Shown: positions 10,834 to 20,374 of the stretch, piece after piece | How the letters are laid out: each line of letters begins with the position of its first letter | Numbering within the stretch: position 1 is the first letter of the stretch | Assembly: GCA_965248445.1 (NCBI GenBank) | Contig: CBDFJG010000002.1 | Span: forward strand, 544,001 to 608,000 | DNA length: 64,000 bases | From: Planctomycetota bacterium | GTDB lineage: Bacteria > Planctomycetota > JAJSAM01 > JAJVHW01 | Direction of reading: 5' to 3' | The notes under the pieces: model-generated | Told to the model about the DNA's origin: nothing | What the model saw: only the letters and a program-made list of their open reading frames with translations | Database searches by the model: none | Program-made: the position numbers and the translations under genes

Positions 10834-11336
10834 ATGCGTTTCTGTTTCGTCGTTCTTGGTGCTCTTGCACTCGGTATTTGCTCGTGTCGCTCGCTCCAGT
10901 CCACCAGTCCACAGGTGACCTGCACCTACTCTCCGACGCCCAGGTGCGTTCACTCCTCCCGTACGCGGTGGACATGAAACACGTTGGGCAGCCCTTTGAG
11001 TCCACTCGCGAGTTCCAGAGCGCGGATGGTCAGACCGTTGTGACCGGAACGGTCACACAGCCATTCTCGTTCACGGTCTTCGTGGACGATCGTGGGCGGC
11101 CCGTCAAGCCTGACAACGCTACGGCATCACTCGCTCGTCCCATTGGAGTCACCGGCGTGGCCGGCTGCTCAGGATCTTGCTTGCCCCACATAGAAGCGGG
11201 GAAAAAATGCCCCACAGCGTGCAAGAAGGACGGTCTGAAGTGTAGCGACAACTGCGGTTTCACGGGCGGCTGCAATCAATGGGTGTCCTGCACGGGCGCA
11301 GCCACGGGCTTCTCCATAGGACTAATCCGCTTCTGA
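10834..11336 (+). pseudogene. Probable lipoprotein with Cys-rich C-terminus, frameshifted by an 8-bp duplication
   Basis: RBS aggaggg then ATG 10834 (MRFCFVVLGALALGICSC). Removing one copy of ccagtcca (10896-10911) joins it to the 10878..11336 frame. Confidence 0.75.
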
Positions 11337-11949
11337 CAGACGGGCTGGGATCTTCCATCCATGTCGTGCTTCCGCTGTGCCATTGGCACAGGGCAGGCTC
11401 GTTTCCGCAGCGCGACGTCTTCGGCAAGGACCCAGGGCGTTGGAGGTTCGACCCTCGGTAGCCGCGGACATTAGCGCGGTGACGCGAGCAGGGCTCTCGC
11501 CGCGCCGACACACGGAACGGTGTCGGCGGGATACAATGAGCGCGACGGGGGAGAACGGTTCCGGAAGTCCGGGCTCAGACGACGGAGCAGTCATCTCAAC
11601 TGCCATCAGCCGAGGCCACCCCCGTCACTGTCGATCGCGGTCTCACTCGCGCAGCGGAGCTCAGAAACCCGCTTGCCCGACTGCCCGACTCCTCGGGTGC
11701 TCGGGGCGCTGCACGAGTGCCATCACGCCAGCTATGCTCATGACTATCGGGGAAGACATCCCGATCGCATGGGCGAAACCACCAAGCACCGGTGGTCCCG
11801 GAGGAGCGAACTCCTCCGGCTGACGAGCCCGGAAGCGGCTCTTGCTCCCTCACGGACGCCCCGTGAGGGGCAAGGAGTCACTCATGACACCTCTCAGATG
11901 CATCGCCGTCTGTCTGCGACACACTTTCGCGACAACGGTGTCGATGCCA

Positions 11950-12285
11950 ACATGGAAGTGGAGAGGTCGATGCTCTCCCGCAGGCTCACCAGGGCCACGT
12001 CGTGGGCCGTGAGACGCTCCAGAACGGCCGCTACGCCCGCGAGAGACCGTCCGACGCGCGACAACTCAGCGACGAGGAGAACGTCGATCTCGCGATCTCG
12101 CGCGCCTCTGCGAGCGCGAGGGCGCGATCGAGGCCCGGGCGCTCCATGCAGCGACCAGTGCCCACGTCCTGGCAGACCTCGACGACCGTCAGACCGCGGG
12201 TCGCGGCTTCCTCGAGGAGCGAGCTCGTCTGCACGTCGAGGTGCTGGTCGTCTGTCGAGACGCGGGCCAAGACGGCCGCTCGATC
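11950..12285 (-). pseudogene. Serine recombinase (resolvase catalytic domain) remnant
   Basis: RAAVLARVSTDDQ...DVGTG...ERPGL...EIDVLLVAELSRVGRS...VSLRESIDLST; frameshifted by cgatctcg x2 at 12085-12100 and truncated at the C-terminus. Boundaries approximate. Confidence 0.85.
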
Positions 12286-12343
12286 TCGATTCGTGCTGCT
12301 CAGCGGACACCTCCGGGCTCGGGACCCCTTGCCGGTGTGTCAT

Positions 12344-13000
12344 ACCGAGAACCAGCACGTTGTGCCCGCCGGCGGCCGCGACCACGAGTGCTCGCTTCAC
12401 CGTGGATTGACCACGCACCTCGGCGAAGTCTCGCTCACAGTCGACAGCGCGTGGGCGACTGGCGTAGGCCGCGACCGCGCGCGGCAACCGAGTCTGTCCA
12501 ACGAGATGACCGACCGCCTCGCGCAGCGTGGCGGCGCCGTACACGGGCACGCCCGCCGCGAGCGCAGCTTCGCTCGCGTTCGCCGCCGGGACGATCGCCT
12601 CACGGATGCCGCGCGCGCGGGCGGTCCCGGCAAGCAGGAATGCGCTTCGCACTGGCCGTAACCGACCGTCGAGGGCGAGTTCGCCGACGAGCAGCTTGTC
12701 ACGCAACGCCGCCCGCGGCAGCGTTCCCGCAGCAGCCAGGATGCCGAGGGCCATCGGCAGGTCGTGCACCGGGCCGACCTTCGGGACGTCTGCCGGCGCC
12801 AGGTTCACGAGCAGTTGCCCCCGCGGGAACCGGTAACCGCTGCTCGCGAGAGCCGAGCGCACGCGATCCCGGGCCTCGCGGCCGGCGGCGTCGGGCAGCC
12901 CCACGACGTCGAAGCGCGGGTTCGCATCGCGCAGGTGGACCTCGACCTCGGTGGCCATACCGTCGATGCCCCGGGCACACGCCGAGTGACACCGCGCCAC
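12344..13000 (-). pseudogene. comM: 5' half of YifB/ComM Mg-chelatase-like AAA ATPase, cut at Walker A
   Basis: VVGLPDAAGREARDRVRSAL, VNLAPAD, DLPMALGIL, GELALDG, DFAEVRGQ...AAAGGHNVLVLG; homology stops just before the expected PPGxGKT. Confidence 0.92.
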
Positions 13001-13059
13001 CGGGCGCCTGCGCTCCTCGACCACCGGGCCCGTGTCGAACATCCACGTAAAGGACGACG

Positions 13060-14559
13060 GTAACCGTTCACCCCTTGACAGCGTGTGAGCCTCAGCGTGC
13101 GACGGGCAGCGGGACCATGACGGGCGGGTCGGCGCCGGTGAGGTGCGCGGCGACCGAGTCGGCGAGGAAGTCGAAGACTTGGTCGCCACGGCGTCGCAGC
13201 GTGGCCGCGGCGGTCAACACGCGCTCGGCGAAGCGGAGTCCGCGAGCGGACTGGCTTCCGAAGGAGCCCTTGCGCCAGAGCACCGCTTTGCGGACCGCGC
13301 GCTCGGCGGCGTTGTTCGTCGGACTCACGTCCTGGGTCCGCGCATAGGTGAAGAGGGCGACCACGCGGGGGCGCAGATGGTTGGCCAGAGCCGAGTCGTC
13401 GTTCGCGATCAGTCGCTCGAGCCGTCCGCGCAGCACAGCGGCTTCGCCTTGCAGCCGGTCACGGTCGCCGTGCTCACCGAAGAGCCGGTAGCTGCGCATG
13501 ACCGACTGCGCGATCATGACGCCCTTGTTGCCGAAGCGGCGATGTCCTCGCGGGCCTTCGGCCAGCGCACGGAAGGCGCGCTCGATGTGCGCCCAGCAGA
13601 GCTGGCGGCGGGCAAGTGGGTGTGACTCGTAGGCACCCATCCGGTCGCTGATCACCGTGCCACCGAAGCGCCGCCCGATCAGCCGCCCTTTCGCCTTGGC
13701 ACTGCGGCGGCGATCGATCCCGAAGGCTGTGGCGTGCTCGCTCTCCGCCGCCCACAGCCAGCACACCCGGCCCCGTTCCTTCCACGACGTCTCGTCCACG
13801 TTGGCTCGCAGCGACGTGCGGACTGCCCCGAGGGCTTCGAGGTACGACGAGTGCAGAGCGTCACTGAGCCGACGCTCACAGTCGCTGATCTTGCCCAGCG
13901 ACATCTTCACACCGAAGATCTCACCGAGCAGCCGCTGCGTCTCCCGCACGCTCACGCGGTACACGCCGCGCAGCGCGCCGGCAAGTGTGGTCAGCCGCGG
14001 ACCGAAGGCCCCGGTCGGCACGCCATCGGGCAGGACCGCCGTCGTGACCGCACGACAGCGCCGGCACCGCGCCTTGTGCAGCCGGTGCTCCCGCACCGTG
14101 ACGAGCACGCGCGGGAGCACCGTCACCTGGTGCCGGTACGGATCGCCGATGCCCTGCTCGAGATCGTCGTGTCCGCACGCGTCGCAGAGGTCGGGACGGT
14201 GCTCCTTGGTCTCATCGACGTTGGACGGATCCACCAGCTCGCGCGCCGTGCCCTCATGGCCCGGCTGTCCGCCCTGCTTGCGACCGCTACGCGGCCTTCG
14301 GCCGCGACGGCGCTTGGACCACGCCGGGTCCGACGACGGAGGCCTCGAGCTGTTGCGGGAGTCACGCTTCAGACGCGACTCGAGCTCGTCGATGCGGCGC
14401 AGATGCTTCGCTTCGCGACGCTCCAGCTCCTCGATCCAGGCCAGAAGGCCCTCGACCATCGCCCGCAGATCCTCGTCCTGCCGCTCGCCCACAACATCTT
14501 GATCGACCGATGGCCGAACGATCTGGATCCTGGCTCGCGACGAAGGGGTGAACGGTTAC
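13060..14559 (-). mobile_element. IS66-family element, single-ORF (ISBst12-like) type, copy A, no target duplication
   Basis: Perfect 17-bp terminal inverted repeats GTAACCGTTCACCCCTT (13060-13076 and 14543-14559); flanks ggacgacg and ctccacgc differ. Confidence 0.93.
13092..14492 (-). CDS. IS66-family transposase
   Basis: SRNSSRPPSSD, GGQPGHEG, CxxC zinc finger, VDET, SDR, RQLCWAH and PTNNAAERAVR motifs. Confidence 0.95.
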   Translation of the reverse strand: MGERQDEDLRAMVEGLLAWIEELERREAKHLRRIDELESRLKRDSRNSSRPPSSDPAWSKRRRGRRPRSGRKQGGQPGHEGTARELVDPSNVDETKEHRPDLCDACGHDDLEQGIGDPYRHQVTVLPRVLVTVREHRLHKARCRRCRAVTTAVLPDGVPTGAFGPRLTTLAGALRGVYRVSVRETQRLLGEIFGVKMSLGKISDCERRLSDALHSSYLEALGAVRTSLRANVDETSWKERGRVCWLWAAESEHATAFGIDRRRSAKAKGRLIGRRFGGTVISDRMGAYESHPLARRQLCWAHIERAFRALAEGPRGHRRFGNKGVMIAQSVMRSYRLFGEHGDRDRLQGEAAVLRGRLERLIANDDSALANHLRPRVVALFTYARTQDVSPTNNAAERAVRKAVLWRKGSFGSQSARGLRFAERVLTAAATLRRRGDQVFDFLADSVAAHLTGADPPVMVPLPVAR

Positions 14560-14734
14560 CTCCACGCGAGATGGCGTGCTCGTTCGCGAGCGCCAACACT
14601 GCGCGGACGGCTGCGGTGCGCGCGGCCTTGTAGTCGTCCGTCTCAACCGGAGCGTGCGGCACGGCGAGGTCGAGCGAGCCACCGGACTCGGTGACGACCA
14701 TGAACTTGATGAACCACTTGCGCTTGGCGCCCAT
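14560..14734 (-). pseudogene. Small phage-like ORF truncated by IS66
   Basis: MGAKRKWFIKFMVVTESGGSLDLAVP...AISRG runs into the IS66 inverted repeat; its ATG overlaps the upstream stop (TGATG). Confidence 0.55.
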
Positions 14735-14856
14735 CAGCGCACCCCCTCGCCGTGTAGAACCCGCACGCAGAACGCGCACAGGACGCACCAGGCGCCGTCC
14801 CACTCCGACCCGTAGGTGCTCCTCTCGCACCCGGGGCAGCGGTGCCGGCCCTTCAT
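14734..14856 (-). CDS. 40-aa putative zinc-ribbon microprotein
   Basis: MKGRHRCPGCERSTYGSEWDGAWCVLCAFCVRVLHGEGVR; start/stop overlaps at both ends (ATGA, TGATG). Confidence 0.6.
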   Translation of the reverse strand: MKGRHRCPGCERSTYGSEWDGAWCVLCAFCVRVLHGEGVR

Positions 14857-15497
14857 GGCGAGTCCTGCTGGAGCGCAGCGAGGATCTGCTCCGCGTACCG
14901 CTTCGTTCGCTGATGGACGACCCAGCGTTCAGTGCCGGGCGTCGGACGGCAACGGACGATCAGCGTGGCGGTCTCAACCGCCCCGTCCCGGAAGTCCGGT
15001 CGCGCGTCGGCCGGCGCACACAGGTTGCAGCCGTACCAACTGATCGGATACCACGAGACACCGTCGGGCCGGAGCTGCTGGCATCGCTCGTCGATGCGGT
15101 CGATCGTCTCGATCGCCGCCCGCTGCCTGGCCTCGCGTTCGTTCTGGAACTGTCGCGCCAGGCGCTCTCCGATGTCGCCCATGCCAGCAACGGACTCGGC
15201 GAACCCGTGGTCCTCCGTCACGAACCCCTGGTGCCGCCCCTCATCGGGCGGGAGGTTCATGTCGTTGTTCGGCTGTGCGTCGCCGAGACGACCGTCGATC
15301 CACCGGACGCCGGTGCCGAGGACGCAGTAGATGACTCCGAGCGCGTCGTCGCGGTACTGGAAGGTGTCGGGGTGCTTGAGGATCACGGACCGGATCACCC
15401 CCTCAAGCGCCAGCGGGTTCCCACGCGCGTCCCGATCGATCTCGAGCATGAGCGCGTACGCTCTGGCAGCCGCCTCGCGCGCCGTCATCGCCCGCAC
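14853..15497 (-). CDS. Hypothetical phage-like protein
   Basis: 214-aa ORF with protein-like composition, first gene of a coupled mini-operon beside an att-like site; start uncertain. Confidence 0.65.
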   Translation of the reverse strand: MRAMTAREAAARAYALMLEIDRDARGNPLALEGVIRSVILKHPDTFQYRDDALGVIYCVLGTGVRWIDGRLGDAQPNNDMNLPPDEGRHQGFVTEDHGFAESVAGMGDIGERLARQFQNEREARQRAAIETIDRIDERCQQLRPDGVSWYPISWYGCNLCAPADARPDFRDGAVETATLIVRCRPTPGTERWVVHQRTKRYAEQILAALQQDSP

Positions 15498-15606
15498 GCC
15501 CGGGGAACGGCTCGGGGAACGCTACCTAGTTCAGAGGGGGCGACGGAGTGCGGCGGGGGCGGCGAATTCGAGCCTGTGCGTCTCTGCGCACGGGTCCCGG
15601 GGACAT

Positions 15607-15649
15607 TGCAAATCCGTGATCCCCGGTTCGAATCCGGGTGCCGCCTCCA
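15607..15649 (+). other. 3' half of tRNA-Cys(GCA), attachment-site remnant
   Basis: TGCAAATCCGTGATCCCCGGTTCGAATCCGGGTGCCGCCTCCA: anticodon loop, T-arm, acceptor strand and CCA, but no D-arm or 5' anticodon stem upstream. Confidence 0.88.
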
Positions 15650-15966
15650 AGCGCTGTCAGGCGAGCTTGTACCTCCCGAGCGAGAGCGTCACCGTGCCGT
15701 CGCCCGAGATCTGCCCGAACGAGAACGACAGGCTTGCGGCGCCCTCGGTCGCGACCGCGTCCTTCAGCGGCTCGCCCTTCGCCACGAGCCGGAAGCGCGC
15801 CCGCGACGAGCGCATCCGATTAGGGCCGCATCGCGTCGCACGAGCCAGGCATGTTCCGCGTGCCGGTCGGCGCCTGACCGCGTTCGCGGCAATCGCACGC
15901 AGCAGCGGGCCAGGACGCCCAGCTTGGACGCTGGGTGTCGTTCGGGGTGCGCCCGGCAGTGCAGGG

Positions 15967-18456
15967 TCAGTACCCGCGCTTGTCCCCGTTCTCTCCGAGG
16001 ACGACCGTGCCCAGCACCGCGCCCCTGCCGTCGCCGGCGTCGAACTCGATGTCGGTGGTGGGGCCGGACAGGTCGCCGAGCTCGGCACCCTTCGTGACGA
16101 TCTGCATGAGCTCGCGGCCGAAGTCCACGAAGAGCCGGATCGATACGCCATTCGCCTTGTTGCGGTAGGTGAACCGGTCCTTCTTCCGACTGAACTCGCT
16201 GCCCGGTACCGACAGGCGGAACTCGTCACCGACAGCGATGACGACGGTTCCGAGCATCTCGGGGACGGGACCGTCCGTGCGGAAGCCGCCCTTCATCTTC
16301 ATCGTGTCCCGCTTCTCGTCCCGCACCTTCGCCTTGATCCGCGTCAGGAAGAACTCCGGAGCGATCAGCGTCCCGCGCGCGCGGCCGACCCGGTACCCGC
16401 CGTTCGTCAGCTCGAACTTCCCGAACGCGTCGGGAAGCCCGGTGCCGCTGAAGTGCATCTCCAGTGGCGCATTCGGGTCGATCAGCCCGGCCAACGTGGT
16501 CTTCGAGATGAGCAGGACGAAGAACCCACGGCTCGAGTCCGAGCGGTTCGGCCGGAGCTTGAGGACGACGTCCGGCCCCTTGAACTTGAACGCGGTGCCC
16601 CTCTTGTTGGGCTGGACGGTGAACGTGCGCTCGAAGTCGCCGACCTGGATCGTCATCGGCTGGCTGTAGTCGACGGGGTTACCGCCGTCGTCGTAGACCC
16701 CTGCGGCCTTGAGGGAGTCCTTCCCCTCGCCTTTGAGCTTCAAGCGGACGATCTTGGGGAGGATGAACGAATCGATGACCGTGGGCCCGGGGTCGTGCAC
16801 CAGCACGTCCACGTCGCCGCTCTGCGCGGTGCTCGAGCCCGAACGAATGATCGCACTGGAGGCGTCGATCTGCGCGCCCGCCTTCCACGTCTCGACCCGG
16901 ATCGCGCCGTCCTCCGTCATGTCGTCGGTAGTCAGCGACACGCCGAGCACGTCGATGTCACCGTCCTGAGACTGCAAGGTGACATCGCCGCGCGCGGTGA
17001 TCGCTCCTGCGACGGTGAGCGCGCCGCCACATAGGACGTGGAACGCGCCGCCGATCCCGCCCGCACGCGTCGTGGTCGCGTCGAGAGTCACGTCTCCGCC
17101 GGCGGTGAGGTCCATGGATCCCACGTCGAGGACGCAATTGGCGTCGTTGGACGGGAGCTTCTCGGGTGGGGTGGCTTCGCCGACGAATACGTCGCCCGCG
17201 ACGCGCACGGTCGCTGCGCCGAGTCCCACGAGCTCGGACGTGTTGAACATGCGGAAGTCGCCGCCCGAGCTGCTCAGCCGTAGCGCGGAGTCGCTGCTGA
17301 GCGACGCGGCCCCCACGAGGCGGATCGTGCCGCCGGCCACGAGGTCCAGGTCGTTCGCGAGCGATCGCACGGGCGCTCCGCGGCAACGGAGGTTGCCTGT
17401 GGTGGACAGGGACAGGCGTCCCGAGCCGCCCGCCGTGACCTCCCGGTCGCGGAGGTCGGAGTCGCCGCCGCATTGGACCGTCACGTCGCCGTCCGCGGTC
17501 GTGACACCTCCGGTCAAGTCGCACGGCCCATTCGTCGTGCTGAACGTGGCCGAGCCGGTCCCGACCACGTCGAAGGGGCCGCCGACGAAGAGCCACGCGT
17601 CGCACTCCAGCGTCGCGGACCCGGCAGTCACGGTGTACGAGCCGTTCGAGTTGGCCGTGATGTTGTTCGTGAACGAGCGGATCCACAGAGGACCCTGGCA
17701 TGCCACCACTCCCGGTCTCGTCGAGAGGATACCGCCACTCGAGAACCAGCCGTTGCACCGCGTCGTGATGCTCCCCGCCGGCGCGAGGATGCGGCCCGAC
17801 TGGATCCGGATCGCGGCGTTCAGGCCGTCGTCGCCGTAGGCGTCGATGGTGACGTCGGAGCTCGCGGCGCTCACCTGCGCGTCGGCGTTGTTCACGCCGG
17901 TCCCGATCTCCATGTTGCCGCCCGCGACGATCTCGATGGGACTCGACACCGCGGTGGTCTCCACCAGGCTCGCCGGCGTCCGCGAGACGAGGGTGAAGTC
18001 GCCGCCGCAGTGCATCGTGATCCCGGCGCCCGCCGTCGCCGACGACAGGCTCCCGCTGATGGACACAGCGCCCTGGACCAGGATCGTCGTCGCGCCGGAG
18101 AGCGTGACGCCAGCGCCGCTCGTGACGTCGAACGACGTGTACTGGTGCGTGCCCGGCGTCAGCGCGACGGTGCCGACAGTCGCCGAGAACGCTCCCTCGC
18201 TGCCGTCGCCGAACGAGGGTATCGCCGGCATCGAACCCGTGACCGTGGGCGCGTCGCCCGGCTCCGTGATGGCCGGCAGCGTCGGGACGATGCCGGTCGG
18301 CGCGGCGGGGTCGATCGTCACGGTCCCCTGCGTTGGCGCGGACCCGGTGTCGATCGTCGCGTTCGTGGTGTCGATCGTCCCCACGGCTGCGGCCCGGGTC
18401 CCGACCATCGCGACCAGCGCAAGGGCCGCGGCCGTGGCGAGAATCCGATCACGCAT
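15967..18456 (-). CDS. Secreted Gly/Thr-rich beta-helix/adhesin-like protein with Lys-rich C-terminal domain
   Basis: RBS ggaggagg, signal peptide MRDRILATAAALALVAMVG, GDGSEG motif, repetitive beta-strand segments, basic C-terminal ~270 aa. Confidence 0.8.
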   Translation of the reverse strand: MRDRILATAAALALVAMVGTRAAAVGTIDTTNATIDTGSAPTQGTVTIDPAAPTGIVPTLPAITEPGDAPTVTGSMPAIPSFGDGSEGAFSATVGTVALTPGTHQYTSFDVTSGAGVTLSGATTILVQGAVSISGSLSSATAGAGITMHCGGDFTLVSRTPASLVETTAVSSPIEIVAGGNMEIGTGVNNADAQVSAASSDVTIDAYGDDGLNAAIRIQSGRILAPAGSITTRCNGWFSSGGILSTRPGVVACQGPLWIRSFTNNITANSNGSYTVTAGSATLECDAWLFVGGPFDVVGTGSATFSTTNGPCDLTGGVTTADGDVTVQCGGDSDLRDREVTAGGSGRLSLSTTGNLRCRGAPVRSLANDLDLVAGGTIRLVGAASLSSDSALRLSSSGGDFRMFNTSELVGLGAATVRVAGDVFVGEATPPEKLPSNDANCVLDVGSMDLTAGGDVTLDATTTRAGGIGGAFHVLCGGALTVAGAITARGDVTLQSQDGDIDVLGVSLTTDDMTEDGAIRVETWKAGAQIDASSAIIRSGSSTAQSGDVDVLVHDPGPTVIDSFILPKIVRLKLKGEGKDSLKAAGVYDDGGNPVDYSQPMTIQVGDFERTFTVQPNKRGTAFKFKGPDVVLKLRPNRSDSSRGFFVLLISKTTLAGLIDPNAPLEMHFSGTGLPDAFGKFELTNGGYRVGRARGTLIAPEFFLTRIKAKVRDEKRDTMKMKGGFRTDGPVPEMLGTVVIAVGDEFRLSVPGSEFSRKKDRFTYRNKANGVSIRLFVDFGRELMQIVTKGAELGDLSGPTTDIEFDAGDGRGAVLGTVVLGENGDKRGY

Positions 18457-18630
18457 GTCCTCCTCCTCCCGTACGTCCCACTGCCACGTGGCCGTCTCGA
18501 GGACGATGCTCCGTGATCGGGTGGCCCTTGTCTATGTCGGGTCGGAACCCAGTTACCCCAGCAGGTACCGCGCGGACGACTGCACCGAACCCGCGAGGGC
18601 TCCAGCGGCGTGGACGGCGGGGATGAGTCA

Positions 18631-18816
18631 CTAGAAAACGACCCCCCAGGGCCGGGAGAGTTCGTAGCGTAGCCACGAGAAGAACAGGCACACAGACACC
18701 ACGAGGACCCAGCGCCACCAGCGCCGCAGCCAGAGCATCGGGCCGCTGTCGGCCCAGACCCTCGGCCGCCCTGGAGGGTGGCGCTGCCACCATCTCAGCC
18801 GCGGAGAGGTCTCCAT
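18631..18816 (-). CDS. Small Trp-rich membrane protein
   Basis: METSPRLRWW...WWRWVLVVSVCLFFSWL; TACACT box 6 nt upstream of the ATG. Confidence 0.5.
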   Translation of the reverse strand: METSPRLRWWQRHPPGRPRVWADSGPMLWLRRWWRWVLVVSVCLFFSWLRYELSRPWGVVF

Positions 18817-18898
18817 GAGGGCAGTGTAGACGGGCGGCGTGGGGCGTCCGTGCCACCGCGGCAACGGCACCGCAGCACGCCCCCGCTACCATCGGGGC

Positions 18899-19228
18899 GT
18901 GGACCCGAGGGAGCCCCGCCGCTGGTCGCTGGTTGGCGCGGTCGGCGCACTCGTACGGGCGCTCGTCGTGGTGCTGCTTCTAGCCGGTGTGGCGTGGCCG
19001 AGCGAGCGCGGATGCCTTGAGGTCTTGGGCTCGCCTGGTTATGAGTGCGTGAACCCGCCCCAACGAGCCGGAGTGCTGCGCTGCGCCAACGCGAGGGAGC
19101 AGCGCGGCGTCCAACTCCGCGTTGTGGTTGCGACGATCATGCGCGAACCGGCGCCGTACTCGATGTGGTGCCACGTTCACGGTCCAGTCCCGCCGCTCGT
19201 CGTCGATTTCGCCGATGCCCATTACTGA
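18899..19228 (+). CDS. Small membrane-anchored hypothetical protein (Cys/His-containing)
   Basis: VDPREPRRW followed by a TM helix; TACCAT box 6 nt upstream of the GTG. Confidence 0.55.
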   Translation: MDPREPRRWSLVGAVGALVRALVVVLLLAGVAWPSERGCLEVLGSPGYECVNPPQRAGVLRCANAREQRGVQLRVVVATIMREPAPYSMWCHVHGPVPPLVVDFADAHY

Positions 19229-19446
19229 CCCCGAGGAGCCGCGGAAGCCGGCGCGGTGGGCGTTCTCCAGCGTGCTCCGCGCCATGGTGATCGGCTTGCT
19301 GTTCCTGCCGCTGCTCACGCTGTCGGGCTCGTGGATCGGCTACAACCCGTGGCCCCGTGTGGAGCCCTCTACAGCGCAGGCTGTCGTGGCGGAGCGGACG
19401 GAACTGTGGGGGCCGAATCCTCACCGGTCTCGGTACCGTCTTGCGC
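19215..19446 (+). pseudogene. N-terminal fragment of a PRKPARW-type membrane protein
   Basis: MPITDPEEPRKPARWAFSSVLRAMVIGLLFLPLLTL...; the frame then runs on over the GNAT gene with nonsense-like sequence. Confidence 0.4.
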
Positions 19447-20253
19447 GTGACCACTCGCCCTCTGACCAGCGACTTCGTGCGCCACCTCGACCGGGTTCGG
19501 TACTCGTATCGCATGCTGCGGCTGCGTCGTCTGGCGGCCGCGGGGCTCGAGCTCGAGGACGGGGCGTTCCGGATCCACGAGATCGGCGGGGCGGTCATGA
19601 CCGACTGGAAGCCGATGTCGCGGGTGTTCGGGTTCGACTTCGAGTCGCTCGCGCGCCTGGACGAGATCCTCGCGTGGTACGAGGAGGCGGGGCGCAGCCC
19701 GCACTTTGAGCTACTGCCGCTCGAGAACAACGATGCGCTCTTCGCGGAGATGGCCGCGCGGGGGTTCGGGCTGAAGTACATGATCAGCGTGCTGTGGCGT
19801 GAGCTGGACGCCGGGTTTCCCGACCCGGCGGACGCTTCTGTGCGTGTCTCCCCGGACGGTGAGATCCGGGACTGGGTCGACGTGTACATCGACGGGCACG
19901 ACTGGACGTGCACGGACGAGGAACGGCCGCGTTGGATCGCCGAACTGTCCGTCCAGTACGTCGCGCCGGGGATCACGCGTCACGTGGCCACCTTGGACGG
20001 GGAGATCGCAGCCATCGCGGCGAGCTACGCGCATGGCGACGGCCACGGGCACCTGACCAATTGCGCGACCCTCCCGCGCTTCCGCGGGCGGGGCCTGCAT
20101 GGGGCGCTGATCCGCCGCCGCCTCGCTGCTCTCGCAGCCTGCGGTGTGACCGTGGTCGCAGCCGACACGCGGCCCTACTCGATCAGCCAGCGCAACCTCG
20201 AGCGGGCCGGACTCGAGCTCGCGTACCAGAAGCTCCACTTCAAGCGAGCCTGA
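19447..20253 (+). CDS. GNAT-family N-acetyltransferase
   Basis: ATLPRFRGRGLHGALI acetyl-CoA motif and SQRNLERAG. Confidence 0.9.
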   Translation: MTTRPLTSDFVRHLDRVRYSYRMLRLRRLAAAGLELEDGAFRIHEIGGAVMTDWKPMSRVFGFDFESLARLDEILAWYEEAGRSPHFELLPLENNDALFAEMAARGFGLKYMISVLWRELDAGFPDPADASVRVSPDGEIRDWVDVYIDGHDWTCTDEERPRWIAELSVQYVAPGITRHVATLDGEIAAIAASYAHGDGHGHLTNCATLPRFRGRGLHGALIRRRLAALAACGVTVVAADTRPYSISQRNLERAGLELAYQKLHFKRA

Positions 20254-20374
20254 GAGCCGAATTTCAGGCTCGGCTCTATAGTCCGCCGGCCTCCCTCTCG
20301 ATGAGAGAACGGCGCCCTTACCCCCGGAGACGGACCCGGCGCTGCTGCTGTGCTTCGACATAGAGGAGAGAGCT

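Noticed and set aside
11894..13189. 431-aa ComM-resolvase fusion protein
   Set aside because: Chance read-through across the IS end, truncated comM and the frameshifted recombinase; the catalytic-Ser segment is in another frame.
15557..15649. Complete tRNA-Cys using the upstream GGCGGCG as acceptor strand
   Set aside because: The spacing is too long, and there is no D-arm or matching 5' anticodon stem.
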